From the NCBI GenBank assembly GCA_963705255.1, contig OY970061.1, positions 704,001 through 768,000 of the forward strand: DNA of 64,000 nt, in the 5' to 3' direction. The position numbers were made by a program, and so were the translations under genes. This stretch comes from an uncultured Methanoregulaceae archaeon. GTDB taxonomy: Archaea > Halobacteriota > Methanomicrobia > Methanomicrobiales > Methanospirillaceae. How positions within the stretch are numbered: the stretch's first letter is position 1; the number at the start of each line of letters is the position of its first letter. Below the pieces are notes generated by a model that searched no databases, was not told the origin of the DNA, and worked only from the letters and a program-made list of their open reading frames with translations. Shown in pieces: positions 42,396 to 53,585 of the stretch.

Positions 42396-42920
42396 TCAGA
42401 TAGTCTGATCAAAAATCACTTTTGTTGTCCCATCGCTAAAATGCCCGACTGCAACGAGATGGTTATCTGAACCCGTTACCGGGAACGTTTCATGGGTTCC
42501 GACGGGCAAGGAGGTCTGTCCGCTTCCCCGGGGGATGCTCATCTCGCCTGCATTCGCACCGTTGATGGACAGGGTGACCGCTACAAGGTAGGCAGCGTCC
42601 TGCCCGCCCTGGTATGTCGCAGTGATTGCCGTGCCGTTATCGGTTGCGGTCATCGCTACCACGTACGTTCTCCGGGATCCTCCCGTTCGCGGGGGGTTAT
42701 TATTTTGCCGGGCATTCGAGTTCGTGGCCGAGAGTGCAATGGATAATGGCGACCCTCCGCTGCCGGATTGCTCCGGGGTCTGGGCAGGTGTTACAGCAGT
42801 TCCGGTCGGTTGGGCCTGACTACTGCCCGGATATTGTGTGCATCCGGCGAGAGCTATCCCCAACAGAAGAACCAACGAAATGACGATTACAGCGAGACAA
42901 GACTTTTTCATAGAGTTCAT
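42396..42920 (-). CDS. lipoprotein with archaeal pilin-like C-terminal domain
   Basis: Lipobox LAGC; ITATYQGGQDA..LPVG..VAVGHFSDGTTKVIFDQTI. Confidence 0.65.
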   Translation of the reverse strand: MNSMKKSCLAVIVISLVLLLGIALAGCTQYPGSSQAQPTGTAVTPAQTPEQSGSGGSPLSIALSATNSNARQNNNPPRTGGSRRTYVVAMTATDNGTAITATYQGGQDAAYLVAVTLSINGANAGEMSIPRGSGQTSLPVGTHETFPVTGSDNHLVAVGHFSDGTTKVIFDQTI

Positions 42921-43082
42921 CTTTCTATCCGGGAATAATAAAAAATGGGTTACCGGTATTATTTCAAAAGTCCCGCTCCGCACCACGCCACGATCCAGGC
43001 CACAAAGTCACCGAGATGCACCGGAACCCCAAGCGCAAGCATCATATAACACCGGCTCGCACGTTCTGGTATGCAGGATACC

Positions 43083-43526
43083 ATGGCGCTGCCCTTGATA
43101 TTACTTCTCTGTGCAGCAATTCTTTTTGCCGGATGTACTGGTTCACCGGGCCCGGCAGGCACGTCATCGCCCGTGACAGGCACCGCTTCCGGAACGGCCC
43201 AGGCCGGGTGGAGCCTTACGACATCCCCGACCGACGCAATGCCGTCGAACATCGCAGAGACCGTGACCGTGCAGGAGAAAGTGTACGACGGCACGATCCC
43301 GGTTATATTCAATGGAGGGATGGCGCAGAACCTGGTAAAGTCCATCGATGTGACACTCTATCGGGCAGACGGGCAGACCGTTACGGCAGCGATCGGAACG
43401 AACAAAGGCGCCGAGGCGGATTTGCAGGGCACCAAACAGACCGACCGCGTTGTCGTGTACGTAACCATGATGAACGGCGTGACCTACAAAGTTGCCGATG
43501 TCCTCAGCCCGTATACGGTTCATTGA
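43083..43526 (+). CDS. hypothetical lipoprotein
   Basis: Lipobox FAGC, Thr/Ser-rich linker, beta-rich domain with FNGGMAQ. Confidence 0.7.
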   Translation: MALPLILLLCAAILFAGCTGSPGPAGTSSPVTGTASGTAQAGWSLTTSPTDAMPSNIAETVTVQEKVYDGTIPVIFNGGMAQNLVKSIDVTLYRADGQTVTAAIGTNKGAEADLQGTKQTDRVVVYVTMMNGVTYKVADVLSPYTVH

Positions 43527-43589
43527 GTGATGTCGGACCCGTGAACACACTTTTTTTATCAATCCCGCAAGTACACTCCTTCGTTCATC

Positions 43590-44709
43590 ATGCAGGTCAA
43601 CTGGCGGGTCATCCACGCAGCCCGGAATTCCCAAGCGGTCCTGAGCGCTGCCTGTGAACGTGACGGGATCCGGCTGGAGCCCGTCGATACGCCTGCCGGG
43701 GATATTACCTGCTACAGCCTCAACTCGATCAATGCACCCTGGTACCGGGACGAGATCGCTGGTGCCGGCTGCATCACCATCGCGGGAGGGCCGCATGCCA
43801 CGGCCTGCCCCCGGGAAGTGGCGGAGTACGCCGGGTATGTGGTCACCGGAGAAGGGGAATATACGCTCCCCCGCCTTCTCAGGGACCTCGAAAACGGGGG
43901 CGACGGCCATATTCCGGGGGTCGTCACCGGGAATCATGCGGAGCCGGCCGATACCTGCGTGAACCTCAACGCGTATCCGGCATTTTCCGGGATGAAAGGG
44001 TATGTCGAGATCTCCCGGGGCTGCCCGTTCTCCTGCGGCTACTGCCAGACCCCGCAGATCTTCGGCCACTGCATGCGGCACCGCTCCATAGATGAAATTG
44101 CCCGGTACGCGAACCGGTACGGGCAGGCCCGGTTCGTCTCTCCCAACGCGTTTGCGTACGGCTCCGACGGGGTCCATCCCCGCTGGGACAAGATTGAGCA
44201 TCTCCTCAAATCCCTCCGGCACGAGATCTATTTCGGCACGTTCCCAAGCGAGGTTCGCCCGGAATTTGTCTGCGATGAGTCGCTCTCCCTCGTAAGCCGG
44301 GTACTGCACCAATACGAAGCTCCACTTCGGGGCCCAGTCCGGCAGCGACCGGGTCCTGGATCTCCTCGGGCGGGGTCATTCGGTCCGGGATGTCGTCCAT
44401 GCAGTCGAGCGGTGCCGGGATTACGGTATCCAGCCGGTCGTGGACTTCATTGTCGGGCTCCCTTTTGAGACTGACGAAGACCAGCGAGCGACTGCCGATC
44501 TGATAGCCTGGACGGCCCGGTCCGGGAAGATCCATGTCCACCGCTTCCTCCCCCTGCCCGGGACATATCTTGCCGGGACAACCGCGCGTCCACTCCTGAA
44601 GGATGTGGAAAAACTCTGCGGAAAACTGGCATTATCGGGCAGGCTCACCGGTTCGTGGAACGATCCTGAGATAAGGTTTTTTAGACACCCTTCAAATGAT
44701 ATACCATGA
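43590..44709 (+). CDS. B12-binding-domain radical SAM protein (TIGR04013-like), frameshift ~44300
   Basis: AGGPHA, GEGE, EISRGCPFSCGYCQ, FPSEVRPE, DFIVGLP. Confidence 0.85.
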
Positions 44710-45347
44710 AAGATGTGCTTCTGATAGCAGATCTCCATGGTCAATTCGGTAAAATTGATTCATTTCTGGAGTTGAGTCCAGAAGCGGTATTTATTGCAGG
44801 CGATATCACCAATATGGGTCCCGTTGACGCGGTCGATGACGTGCTCTCACGTATCGACGTGCCGTGTTTTGCAGTGCCCGGCAACTGCGACCCGCGTGAG
44901 ATCCTCGATACGCTCGAACACTCGGACACCGTGTGCATGCATGGGGCCCAGATCAACCTCGGGAAGATGACTATCGTCGGGGTCGGGGGATCCAACCCGA
45001 CGCCGTTCAATACGCCGTTCGAGCTCACCGACAAGCAGATAGACGACACGCTGCACAGCGCGATGAGGAAGATGGAGAAGACGGTCCACAACATCCTCCT
45101 CACCCACGCACCGCCGTTCGAGACCCTCGACCGGATCAACGGCGACCACGTCGGCAGCCACAGTATCCGGAAGCATATCAAATCCTTCGACCTGGTCTGC
45201 TGCGCCCACATCCACGAGCAGCGGGGTGTGATGGACATCGACGGGGTAAAGATCATCAACCCCGGCCCGGCAATGGACGGCTACTGTGCCATGCTCCACT
45301 TCGGCACCGAGGCCCGGGACATCAGGGTCGAACTGCTGACCGTATAG
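44706..45347 (+). CDS. Icc-like metallophosphoesterase
   Basis: DLHG, AGD, PGNCD, THAPP, AHIHE. Confidence 0.88.
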   Translation: MKDVLLIADLHGQFGKIDSFLELSPEAVFIAGDITNMGPVDAVDDVLSRIDVPCFAVPGNCDPREILDTLEHSDTVCMHGAQINLGKMTIVGVGGSNPTPFNTPFELTDKQIDDTLHSAMRKMEKTVHNILLTHAPPFETLDRINGDHVGSHSIRKHIKSFDLVCCAHIHEQRGVMDIDGVKIINPGPAMDGYCAMLHFGTEARDIRVELLTV

Positions 45348-45501
45348 AGAGCCGTCCGGGGCAGGAGGCGGACAGCGATTCGCACTCTGTTAAAGTCTCT
45401 TTTTAAATTTTTAAGAGTTGAGCAAAGCGGGATTCGGGAGGGAGAATTCATCGGAGTTCCTTGCTATTATCCTGTGAGAATTATGTTCCCGGAACATGAC
45501 A

Positions 45502-45692
45502 ATGGGGGCTGAAGCCCCCATACCCCAATAAGGATAGTTGCCGCCGCCCCGGAGGACGCCCCGCGGCGGCCTCAATTACTTGTTTAATTCGGTAATCTGC
45601 CCCGCCGTACTCGAAGTTCCTACGGACTTCTCGACTTCGTGGTCCAAATGAACCTCTCAGTCCTCGGAGAGGCCCTGAGGCGGGGAACCCTC
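45502..45692 (+). repeat. structured intergenic repeat, copy 3 (with ~50-bp internal insertion)
   Basis: Same 5' and 3' blocks as copies 1 and 2; identical 22-mer at 45671-45692. Confidence 0.88.
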
Positions 45693-45786
45693 ATATATAT
45701 GCGATTTTCGTTATTCAAGTTTGAACTCTTGTTCATGTCCATTTCATTGAAGAAGAATGTGTACACCGGGATTCAGAAAAAAGAGA

Positions 45787-46329
45787 TCAGTCCCGGACTG
45801 CTGACCGCTTAGCGAGCAGGAGTTCTAGGTATGAGGCGAGAATCGGCTCGCCCTCAACCCCAATATCTTTTGCAATCTCCTCGATCGTTGCCGTTGGGTT
45901 ATCGTTCTCGTTCCCGGCGATCACTTCAATCTCGGCAAAGGTCCCGAGCTCCTCGACCGTATCGAGCGAGATCGACGCAGTACCAAGGGTATAGTTCTCG
46001 CGCCACTTGTTCACTTCGGTTGTCCTCGTAAACCCGAGCCGGGCGAGCATCGTCTCGAAAGCTTCCCCGGACTCCACGGCGAAGTTCAGTTCCTCCCGGG
46101 CTTTAAGCCCGTATTTCCTGATCTTCGGGCCCTTGTACGTGACAACCGCACGGTCGTCCGTGTACCGCACCCGGACGGCTTCATCGGTCAGGGCGAAATC
46201 CCGGTGGGGGGCATTATAATAGATATCGTGTTCATGAACCCTGCCACGGAATTGTGCATTTTTTCTGGTGAGCTCTTCACGAACCGGATCGAGCGACGGT
46301 ATCCTTACCTTGAGTTCCACTTCGAGCAT
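45787..46329 (-). CDS. cyaB: class IV adenylate cyclase / CYTH protein
   Basis: EVELK, DIYY, VRVR, YKGPK, LGTFAEIE. Confidence 0.9.
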   Translation of the reverse strand: MLEVELKVRIPSLDPVREELTRKNAQFRGRVHEHDIYYNAPHRDFALTDEAVRVRYTDDRAVVTYKGPKIRKYGLKAREELNFAVESGEAFETMLARLGFTRTTEVNKWRENYTLGTASISLDTVEELGTFAEIEVIAGNENDNPTATIEEIAKDIGVEGEPILASYLELLLAKRSAVRD

Positions 46330-46397
46330 GGATGTGCCACACGTTTATCTGTCTTCATTGCGATTTAATATAGTCACGTACTATAGTCAGGTGAACC

Positions 46398-47078
46398 ATG
46401 GCAATACGAGAAGGAGATTTTATCAGGCTGAGTTATACGGGCACCGTCAATGGCAATGTTTTTGATACCACTGACGAGGAAGAGGCAAAAAAAGCAGGCA
46501 TCCACAGCGAGAATGCGGTGTACGGCCCGGTCACGATCTGTGTCGGCCAGAAGCACGTCATCGCCGGTCTCGACGAAGAACTCGTTGGCAAGGAAGCCGG
46601 TACCGAAGGCGAAGTCACCGTCCAGCCCGAGAAGGCATTCGGGGAGCGCGACCCGAAGAAGATCCAGTCGTTCCCCAAGAGCAAGTTTACCGAGAAACCG
46701 GTCCGCGGGATGCCGGTGAAGATCGATGAGCAGGGCGAGGGCACGGTCGTCGATGTCATCGGTTCGCGGGTCATCGTGGACTTCAACCCGGCCCTTGCCG
46801 GGCAGGCCCTCACCTACCAGTACAAGATCGAGGAAGATGTGCCCGAACCTCTCGACCAGTTGAAAGGCCTCATCCGCCTCTATGCGGGCAGGGAGATGGA
46901 GGTAACGATCGACGGCGACAAGGCAACGGTCACCCTCCCGCCCGGGATCAACTATGACCGCCGCTGGCTTCTCTGGCGCGGGCGGATACTCCACGAAGGT
47001 TTCGAACTGATCGCGGGGATCTCGGAGATCACCCTTGTCGAGACCTACAAGAGACCGGAGAAGAAAGAAGCAGCATAA
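46398..47078 (+). CDS. FKBP-type peptidyl-prolyl isomerase (long archaeal type)
   Basis: YTG..VFDTT, PEKAFGERD, VDFNPALAG. Confidence 0.92.
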   Translation: MAIREGDFIRLSYTGTVNGNVFDTTDEEEAKKAGIHSENAVYGPVTICVGQKHVIAGLDEELVGKEAGTEGEVTVQPEKAFGERDPKKIQSFPKSKFTEKPVRGMPVKIDEQGEGTVVDVIGSRVIVDFNPALAGQALTYQYKIEEDVPEPLDQLKGLIRLYAGREMEVTIDGDKATVTLPPGINYDRRWLLWRGRILHEGFELIAGISEITLVETYKRPEKKEAA

Positions 47079-47241
47079 CTGTCCTGAATTCTTTTTCCCA
47101 TTTTTTCGGATCTGGTCAGGTATCCGGCATTCATTCCGGTGAATCACTGCGCACATTCGTGGGACCAAAAACCTGCCGACCGGTATACGGGCATATCATG
47201 GAAATACCGGTTTTTTATAGTGCCTGCTCGAAATACTCATT

Positions 47242-48325
47242 ATGAACAACAATCATCTCATCGCAACCCTGGCGGTTCTCTTCCTCGTACTGGCCGTCTT
47301 CCTGTCGGGATGCTCCGGTTCCCAGTCTTCCTCCGGCACGGCATCGCAGGCGGGAGTGTCCGGCGCTGCGACGACAGCAGCGTCATCGTCGCCCCTGTAC
47401 CAGGCCGGGGATATTCTCAAAAACCCGAAATCGAGTTCCACGAGCGGAGTCCTCATCGTCAGCTACGATGCAGGGACTGACACCTATGCCCGGGCGTTTG
47501 TCTCTCTCATCGGCAGCAGTTGGTTCCGCATGGATTCCAGTTCGGAACCCATGGACCGGTCGAGCACTCGAGAAAATATACACGGAGAAAATAACGAACA
47601 TCCCCGTCTCGCAGGTGCCGATAGGCACCCCCGTTCCGACAGCAACGCCGGTGCCGGTGACCACGGTCCCGGTATATTCCCCCCTCCCGACAACCGCAAC
47701 TACGGCGACGACTACCACATCCGGCGCAGCCCCCACGATACAGAGCATCTCCCCGTATTACGGATATGCGGGTACCTCGGTCTCGATAACTTCACTGGCA
47801 GGCTACAACTTCATTTCCGGGGCAACGGTGCAGCTGGCAAACTCCGCTGGCCAGAATATCTCGGCGACCGGTGTATCCGTTGTGTCCGGCAGCACCATCA
47901 CCTGTACCTTTGCCATCCCGTCGAACGCGACCGTTGGGGCCTGGGACGTGTACGTCACCAACCCGAACGGGTATGTCGGAAAATACAGCAACGGGTTCGT
48001 AGTCCATCAGAACACCGCGGCCACAGCGACCACCACGACGTCATCGTCCGGACCGACTATCACAGGTATCAGTCCTACTTTTATGATTTCGCCAAGTCAC
48101 ACCTCATACACGATAACCGGGACGAATTTCATAGGTCTTCCTGCCGTCAGCCTGACAAACGGTGGCCAGACCATCCCTCAGTATACCGTTGCGTCGACTT
48201 CTTCCACCCAGATCGTCGTATACTTCGATATCCCGCAAAATATTGGCGGTACCTGGAACGTGGTCGTCACCAATCCTGACGGCACAACAGCCACCCTTAC
48301 CGGTGGGATTACGATCCACAGCTGA
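47242..48325 (+). CDS. IPT/TIG-domain surface lipoprotein (frameshift ~47565)
   Basis: Lipobox LSGC; two IPT repeats PTI.SISP..G.NF..W.V.VTNP.G. Confidence 0.78.
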
Positions 48326-48408
48326 TAAAAATAACGCGAATTTTTTTTCACAGGCCGGACGGCAATAATCATTTTTAAAAATTACTCGCGCAGGCCCGGT
48401 TGCAGGAA

Positions 48409-49437
48409 TCAGGCACCCGGGCGGTAGCGGAGAAGAGCGGCAATTCCCCCGAGCGCAGCAAGCCGCTCGCCGGGTTCGAACGAGGACGAGAGCACAACGA
48501 TGGTCGCCTTCATCGCCTCGGCTTTTTCTATCAGCTGCGTGATCCCGGGATCCCGCAGGAGGGTGTCTGCTACCAGGACCTGCTCTGCCGCGCCGTACCC
48601 GATCGCCTCTTCCACTTCCCGGCGGCCGTAGGCGACTGCACCTTCCCGCGAGATCCTCAGGAGCACTTCGTCCATCATCTTCACTTCGCGGGAGAGCTGG
48701 AGGTCGCCCATCAGCCGGTCGAGGGCCCCGTTCCCGATGACATCCTGGACCGCGCCGCGCCCGATGCGCCGCGTTTCGACGACGATTGCCCGTCCGGCTG
48801 CCGGGGAATTTTTGCTCCGTGCGAACTGAACGAAATCATCCTTGACAAACCCGGGCCCGGCAATGATGAGCGGGCCGGAGATGTCTGCAATGAGGGGGAG
48901 GAGCTGGTCGAACAGGCCGGTCCGAGACCCGCCCTCCGCACCTTTGCTGCTGCCGGCCATCAGGGTGATGACACTCTCCGGCCCGTACTGCCGGAGCCGG
49001 AAGAGTTCAGCCTCACCCTCCTCGAGGGTCAGGATATGGATGACGCCATAGACCGACGCCTTTACCGCCCGTTCGATCCGCTCGAGATCGATCGGGCGCC
49101 ACGGTTTTATGACCGAGATCTCGTACCCGGTCTCGACGTTGATCGTGTGGTACGCCCCGACATCGACACCGTGTTCGATGAGGCCCGAGAGCCGGAGCCT
49201 GACCCCATGCTCCGAGAACTCCTCCCGCTCCACCCGCAGGCCGAGACGGACCGGGCGTTTCTCCACCTTCTCGGGGCGGAGCTTGTCGCTTGCCGCGTCC
49301 ACGCTCCGGAAGCTCGTGGCGAAGACAAGGTCCCCGGGACCGATGAGGTGGCGGAGGTGCCAGAGGTCGTCGATGCTCTCCGGCAGGAGCCGGATCTCGC
49401 CGTAATTGTTCCGGATCTCCCCGTATTCAGCCTTCAT
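48409..49437 (-). CDS. pelA: mRNA surveillance protein pelota
   Basis: PESIDDLWHL, YHTINV, AGPGFVK, LGGIAALLRY. Confidence 0.94.
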   Translation of the reverse strand: MKAEYGEIRNNYGEIRLLPESIDDLWHLRHLIGPGDLVFATSFRSVDAASDKLRPEKVEKRPVRLGLRVEREEFSEHGVRLRLSGLIEHGVDVGAYHTINVETGYEISVIKPWRPIDLERIERAVKASVYGVIHILTLEEGEAELFRLRQYGPESVITLMAGSSKGAEGGSRTGLFDQLLPLIADISGPLIIAGPGFVKDDFVQFARSKNSPAAGRAIVVETRRIGRGAVQDVIGNGALDRLMGDLQLSREVKMMDEVLLRISREGAVAYGRREVEEAIGYGAAEQVLVADTLLRDPGITQLIEKAEAMKATIVVLSSSFEPGERLAALGGIAALLRYRPGA

Positions 49438-51320
49438 GGTGCCCCACGATGTCGGAACCGCCCGGGGGCACGAATGCTGCCACCTGTTCGGTGTTCAGGA
49501 TACCCCTCAGGGCTTTTCCGTCTTCCTCGGTCAGTTTTCCTTTGAGGTCCCTCAGGACTTTTTTTGCCACATCATTGGGTTCGAACTGCCCGGGCCTGAG
49601 TTCCGCGTACGCCGCTACTCTCTCCCGTATCGCGGAAGGCGGGCCGCCGATGACCGCGGCCTGGGGTTCAAGCATGAGTCCGATACCGACCGCCAGGGGA
49701 ACATTCCGGTAGGTACGTGCGTTCTCCCCGGACTATGAACGACCCGCGGGAGACGTACTCCCCGGACTCTGGTGTCTTGCTGACCTGCGCGGGAAGCGCG
49801 CTGTAGACATCGGCGGAGAAATGGCCGCTCCGCCATGCCCCGGAATAGGAGGCTGCAAACTGCGCAACCTCGTCCATCCGCTCCGTCCTCCCCTTGACGA
49901 TGACGACGCTCGCCCCGTGGACGTCGGCATGCACGAAGAGGTCGCCTCCGGCCAGGTATTTTTTGACCAGTTCCTCGTTCTGGGAGGCGTCGCGCCCGCC
50001 AAGGACCACGATGCCGTCGCTGGTCACGAACCAGCGGAAGCGGTGGTACCACTGTTTTTTCAGGGGGATAAAATCCCGTTTCTGCACCTTCTTCTTCGGG
50101 CGGACGGTCGCCATGGCGGCGAGCGCCCCCGCTTTCTTCCTCTTGAATTTTTTTATGAGATCGTGATACCGCCCGGCGTTCTGCTCCACGCTCTCGTGGA
50201 CATGGATCTTCACCCGTCTCCCGATATCGACTTCCACGGCCGCTTCGCCCGGGTAAAATGCCGTGATCTTTTTCGCATCGTCCGAGACGGTGTCCCTGAG
50301 GTGCTTCTCGATCTCCTGCCACGACAGCTGCCTGCTCGCGATATCGAGAGCGGTGATGAGCTGCCGGATGAAGGCATAGTTCTCGTAGATCGCGTTGACA
50401 ATCTCCCCGTTCTTTTGAATAGTGGCGTCAAATTTCTTTACCGCTGCTTCCTGGTGCAGGCGGATACGGTCTTCCTTTGCTATCTTCGGGCGGGCTGCTG
50501 ACTTTTTCTCGGTTTTCGTAAGAGGGAAGAATGCTTCGAGCGCTTCGGAGAACGTGGGAAAGGACTGCCCGTCGTTCCCTTCCCCAAGATCGACGGGCTC
50601 GCAGTGCTTTGCCGAGATCACCGGTGAGCGGTCGTGCAGCACCCGGGAGAAGAGGTCCTGTATCGCGGCAAAAATAACGTCCGGGTCTGCGGAAGCCGCG
50701 GCAGCGGACTTGTCGATGCCGGTCATCCTGCAGATATATTCCGCGTACATCCCGCCGAGCATGCAGCCGGTCGCGAGGGCCCGGACAAGGTCGCGGCTGT
50801 CCTTTTTGAGGGCCGCAGCAAGATTTTCACGGGATCCGGTGGGATCGGTGCTGCCGAGGACGTACGGGACGTTCGGGACGACCTCCCGGTCCCTGAACCG
50901 GTGGTGCCAGAGCGGTTTTATGATAGTGTACGTATCGTCGGCAAGGATGACATTCCCCTCATCGAACAGTTCGATGATGAGGTGGTACGTGAGGTTGCCT
51001 TTCCCGATATCGAAGATGAGGATCCGTTCGAGGCCGTGCTGGCGGATGGCCAGCACTTTTCCCCCGGAGATGTACTTGCGCAGGAGCATGGCAAACTGCG
51101 GGGGGTTCTTCGGGGGTTCCGGCAGATCCTTCACCAGGTGGGCCCGCCTGCCGGCCTCGATGATCAGCTGGTACTTTGCCTTGTTCCCGCCATTGAGCCG
51201 GACCGCGAGCGTACGGGTGTCGAACTGGTAGACCTTGTCTACCCAGAGCGGGAGCTTCCCGGACAACTCGGACGCCATTGCCATCACGTCGATCCCGCTC
51301 ATGCCCTGTTCGGATGCCAT
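49427..51320 (-). CDS. rqcH: ribosome quality control factor RqcH/Rqc2 (NFACT), frameshift ~49710
   Basis: FAMLLRKY, ERIL, ELFDEGNVIL, WYHRFRWF, GRDASQNE, HAD.HG, VSKTPESGEY. Confidence 0.92.
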
Positions 51321-51383
51321 GGTGGTTTATACCAAATTACATATGGCTTGCGCACTAAAAAATAAGACTACTGGTGTTGCGGG

Positions 51384-51746
51384 ATGAGCGAAAATACCAT
51401 CGAAGAAAAGCCTGTCCAGGCAAAAAAAGCTAAAACCAAGGCTGACAAGCAGGCCGAACATATCGCCCGCATCAAGCGGACGCTTGTCGCCTCCGTCCTG
51501 GGCATCCTGACCGGGATCATCTCCTATTATGCGGGTGGCATCCCGGGAACAACCGGCCTCCAGAATGACGGGGTTCTCGGGTTCATGCTCATGCTGGCCG
51601 GGGTCGTCCTCCAGAAACACATCTTCATCCTCTCCGGCATGGATACTTCCAGGCTCGGCGCAAAAGACTGGTTCTACCAGGGATTCATGACATTCGCGTT
51701 CTGGTTTATGACCTGGACGATCATGCTGACCGCCATCCCCCGGTAA
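51384..51746 (+). CDS. EMC6-like three-TM membrane protein
   Basis: Three hydrophobic helices; C-terminal KDWFYQGFMTFAFWFMTWTIML. Confidence 0.7.
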   Translation: MSENTIEEKPVQAKKAKTKADKQAEHIARIKRTLVASVLGILTGIISYYAGGIPGTTGLQNDGVLGFMLMLAGVVLQKHIFILSGMDTSRLGAKDWFYQGFMTFAFWFMTWTIMLTAIPR

Positions 51747-51765
51747 TTCCTCTTCTGGGGTTTCC

Positions 51766-53538
51766 ATGAGAATTGCCATCGTCCATAAAGACCGCTGTCA
51801 CGCCCGGAAATGCGGTACCGAATGCATCCTCTACTGCCCCCGTGTCCGGACCGGGGACGAGACCGTTGCGATCGGACCTGACGGGAAAGCCCTCATCTCC
51901 GAGGAACTCTGCGTGGGGTGCGGCATCTGCATCAAGAAATGCCCGTTCGATGCCATCGATATTGTGAGCCTTCCCGAAGAACTCGAGCACCCCACCCACC
52001 GCTACGGCAGAAACGGGTTTGCGCTCTACGGGCTTCCGATCCCGGTGGAAGGGAAAGTCACCGGTATCCTCGGTGCCAATGGCATCGGCAAGAGCACGGC
52101 CATCAAGATCCTGTCCGGCCAGCTCCGCCCCAACCTGGGAAATTTCGATACCGAAGTGGCATGGGATGAGATCCTCAGGCAGTATACCGGCACCGAGCTC
52201 TACGATTATCTCCAGACCGTATCGAAAAAGACCCTGAAGATCGCAAGCAAGCCCCAGTATATCGATTATATCCCGAAAGTCTTCTCCGGGACGGTCAGGA
52301 CACTCCTGAAGACCACGGACGAACGGGGCGCACTCGCCGGCATCCTGCCGGCCCTCAAGCTCGACGCACTCCTCGACCACGAGATCGGCTCCCTGAGCGG
52401 CGGGGAACTCCAGCGGGTCGCCATCGCCGCCTGCCTTGCCCGGGAAGCCGACCTCTACTTCCTCGATGAGATCACCCCCTTCCTGGACATTTACCAGCGG
52501 ATCTCTGCCGCGAAGCTCATCCGCGAGCTTGCGGCGTCCCGCCCGGTCGTCATCGTCGAGCACGACCTCGCCATCCTCGACATGCTCGCGGACACCGTCC
52601 ACGTCGGTTACGGCAAACCGGCCGTATTCGGCATCATCACCCGCCCCAAGGGGGTCAGGGTGGGCATCAACCAGTACCTCGAGGGCTACCTTGCCGAAGA
52701 GAACGTCCGGTTCCGGGACACCCAGGTGGTCTTCGAGAAGCGGGCGCACGAGAAAGGTTCCGACCGCGAAGACCTCTTCATCATACCCCCGATGTCCAGA
52801 CAGTACGATACGTTCCGCCTCGAGGTCACCGGGGGTACGGTCAGGACGGGTGAAGTGCTGGGCGTCGTCGGGGCAAATGGCATGGGCAAGAGCACGTTTG
52901 CCAAACTCCTGGCCGGTGTCGAGACCCCGACGACCGGGACGATCGAGACCTCGCTGCGGATTTCCTACAAGCCCCAGTACATCAAGGCAGATACCTCCGA
53001 CAGCGTAGAGATGCACCTCCGCCGCTGCACGACAAAATTCGATTCCTCGCTCTACCAGCACGAGATCATCGATGCGCTCTCCCTTACCCCCATCCTCCGG
53101 TCGCCCGTCGACTCCCTGAGCGGCGGGGAACTCCAGCGGGTGGCGATCGCCGGCTGCCTCTCGCGGGACGCCGACCTGTACATTCTCGATGAACCCAGCG
53201 CACACCTCGATGTGGAGCAGCGGGTAAGGGTGACGAGGATGATCAAGCACCATGCCGAGGGCAGGGAAGCCGGCATCATGGTGATCGACCACGACATCTA
53301 CCTTATCGATATGATCAGTGAACGTATCCTGGTGTTTGAAGGAGTACCGGGAATTGCCGGCACTGCCGCGGGGCCGTTCCGGATGCGCGAGGGCATGAAC
53401 CGTTTCCTCGAAGCGCTGGACGTGACGTTCCGGCGGGACCAGAGCGGCCGCCCGCGGATCAACAAGCCCGGCTCGTTTCTTGACCGGGAACAGAAGGGTC
53501 TGGGTGAATTCTATTATTATGTTCAGGACGAAAACTAA
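51766..53538 (+). CDS. ABCE1/RLI ribosome-splitting ATPase
   Basis: N-terminal Fe-S Cys motifs, two ABC domains with LSGGELQRVAIA, TFRRD..GRPRINK. Confidence 0.96.
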   Translation: MRIAIVHKDRCHARKCGTECILYCPRVRTGDETVAIGPDGKALISEELCVGCGICIKKCPFDAIDIVSLPEELEHPTHRYGRNGFALYGLPIPVEGKVTGILGANGIGKSTAIKILSGQLRPNLGNFDTEVAWDEILRQYTGTELYDYLQTVSKKTLKIASKPQYIDYIPKVFSGTVRTLLKTTDERGALAGILPALKLDALLDHEIGSLSGGELQRVAIAACLAREADLYFLDEITPFLDIYQRISAAKLIRELAASRPVVIVEHDLAILDMLADTVHVGYGKPAVFGIITRPKGVRVGINQYLEGYLAEENVRFRDTQVVFEKRAHEKGSDREDLFIIPPMSRQYDTFRLEVTGGTVRTGEVLGVVGANGMGKSTFAKLLAGVETPTTGTIETSLRISYKPQYIKADTSDSVEMHLRRCTTKFDSSLYQHEIIDALSLTPILRSPVDSLSGGELQRVAIAGCLSRDADLYILDEPSAHLDVEQRVRVTRMIKHHAEGREAGIMVIDHDIYLIDMISERILVFEGVPGIAGTAAGPFRMREGMNRFLEALDVTFRRDQSGRPRINKPGSFLDREQKGLGEFYYYVQDEN

Positions 53539-53585
53539 AACCGCTTATTATACCTTTTAATATTTTAACATGCCATTCTCACTAT

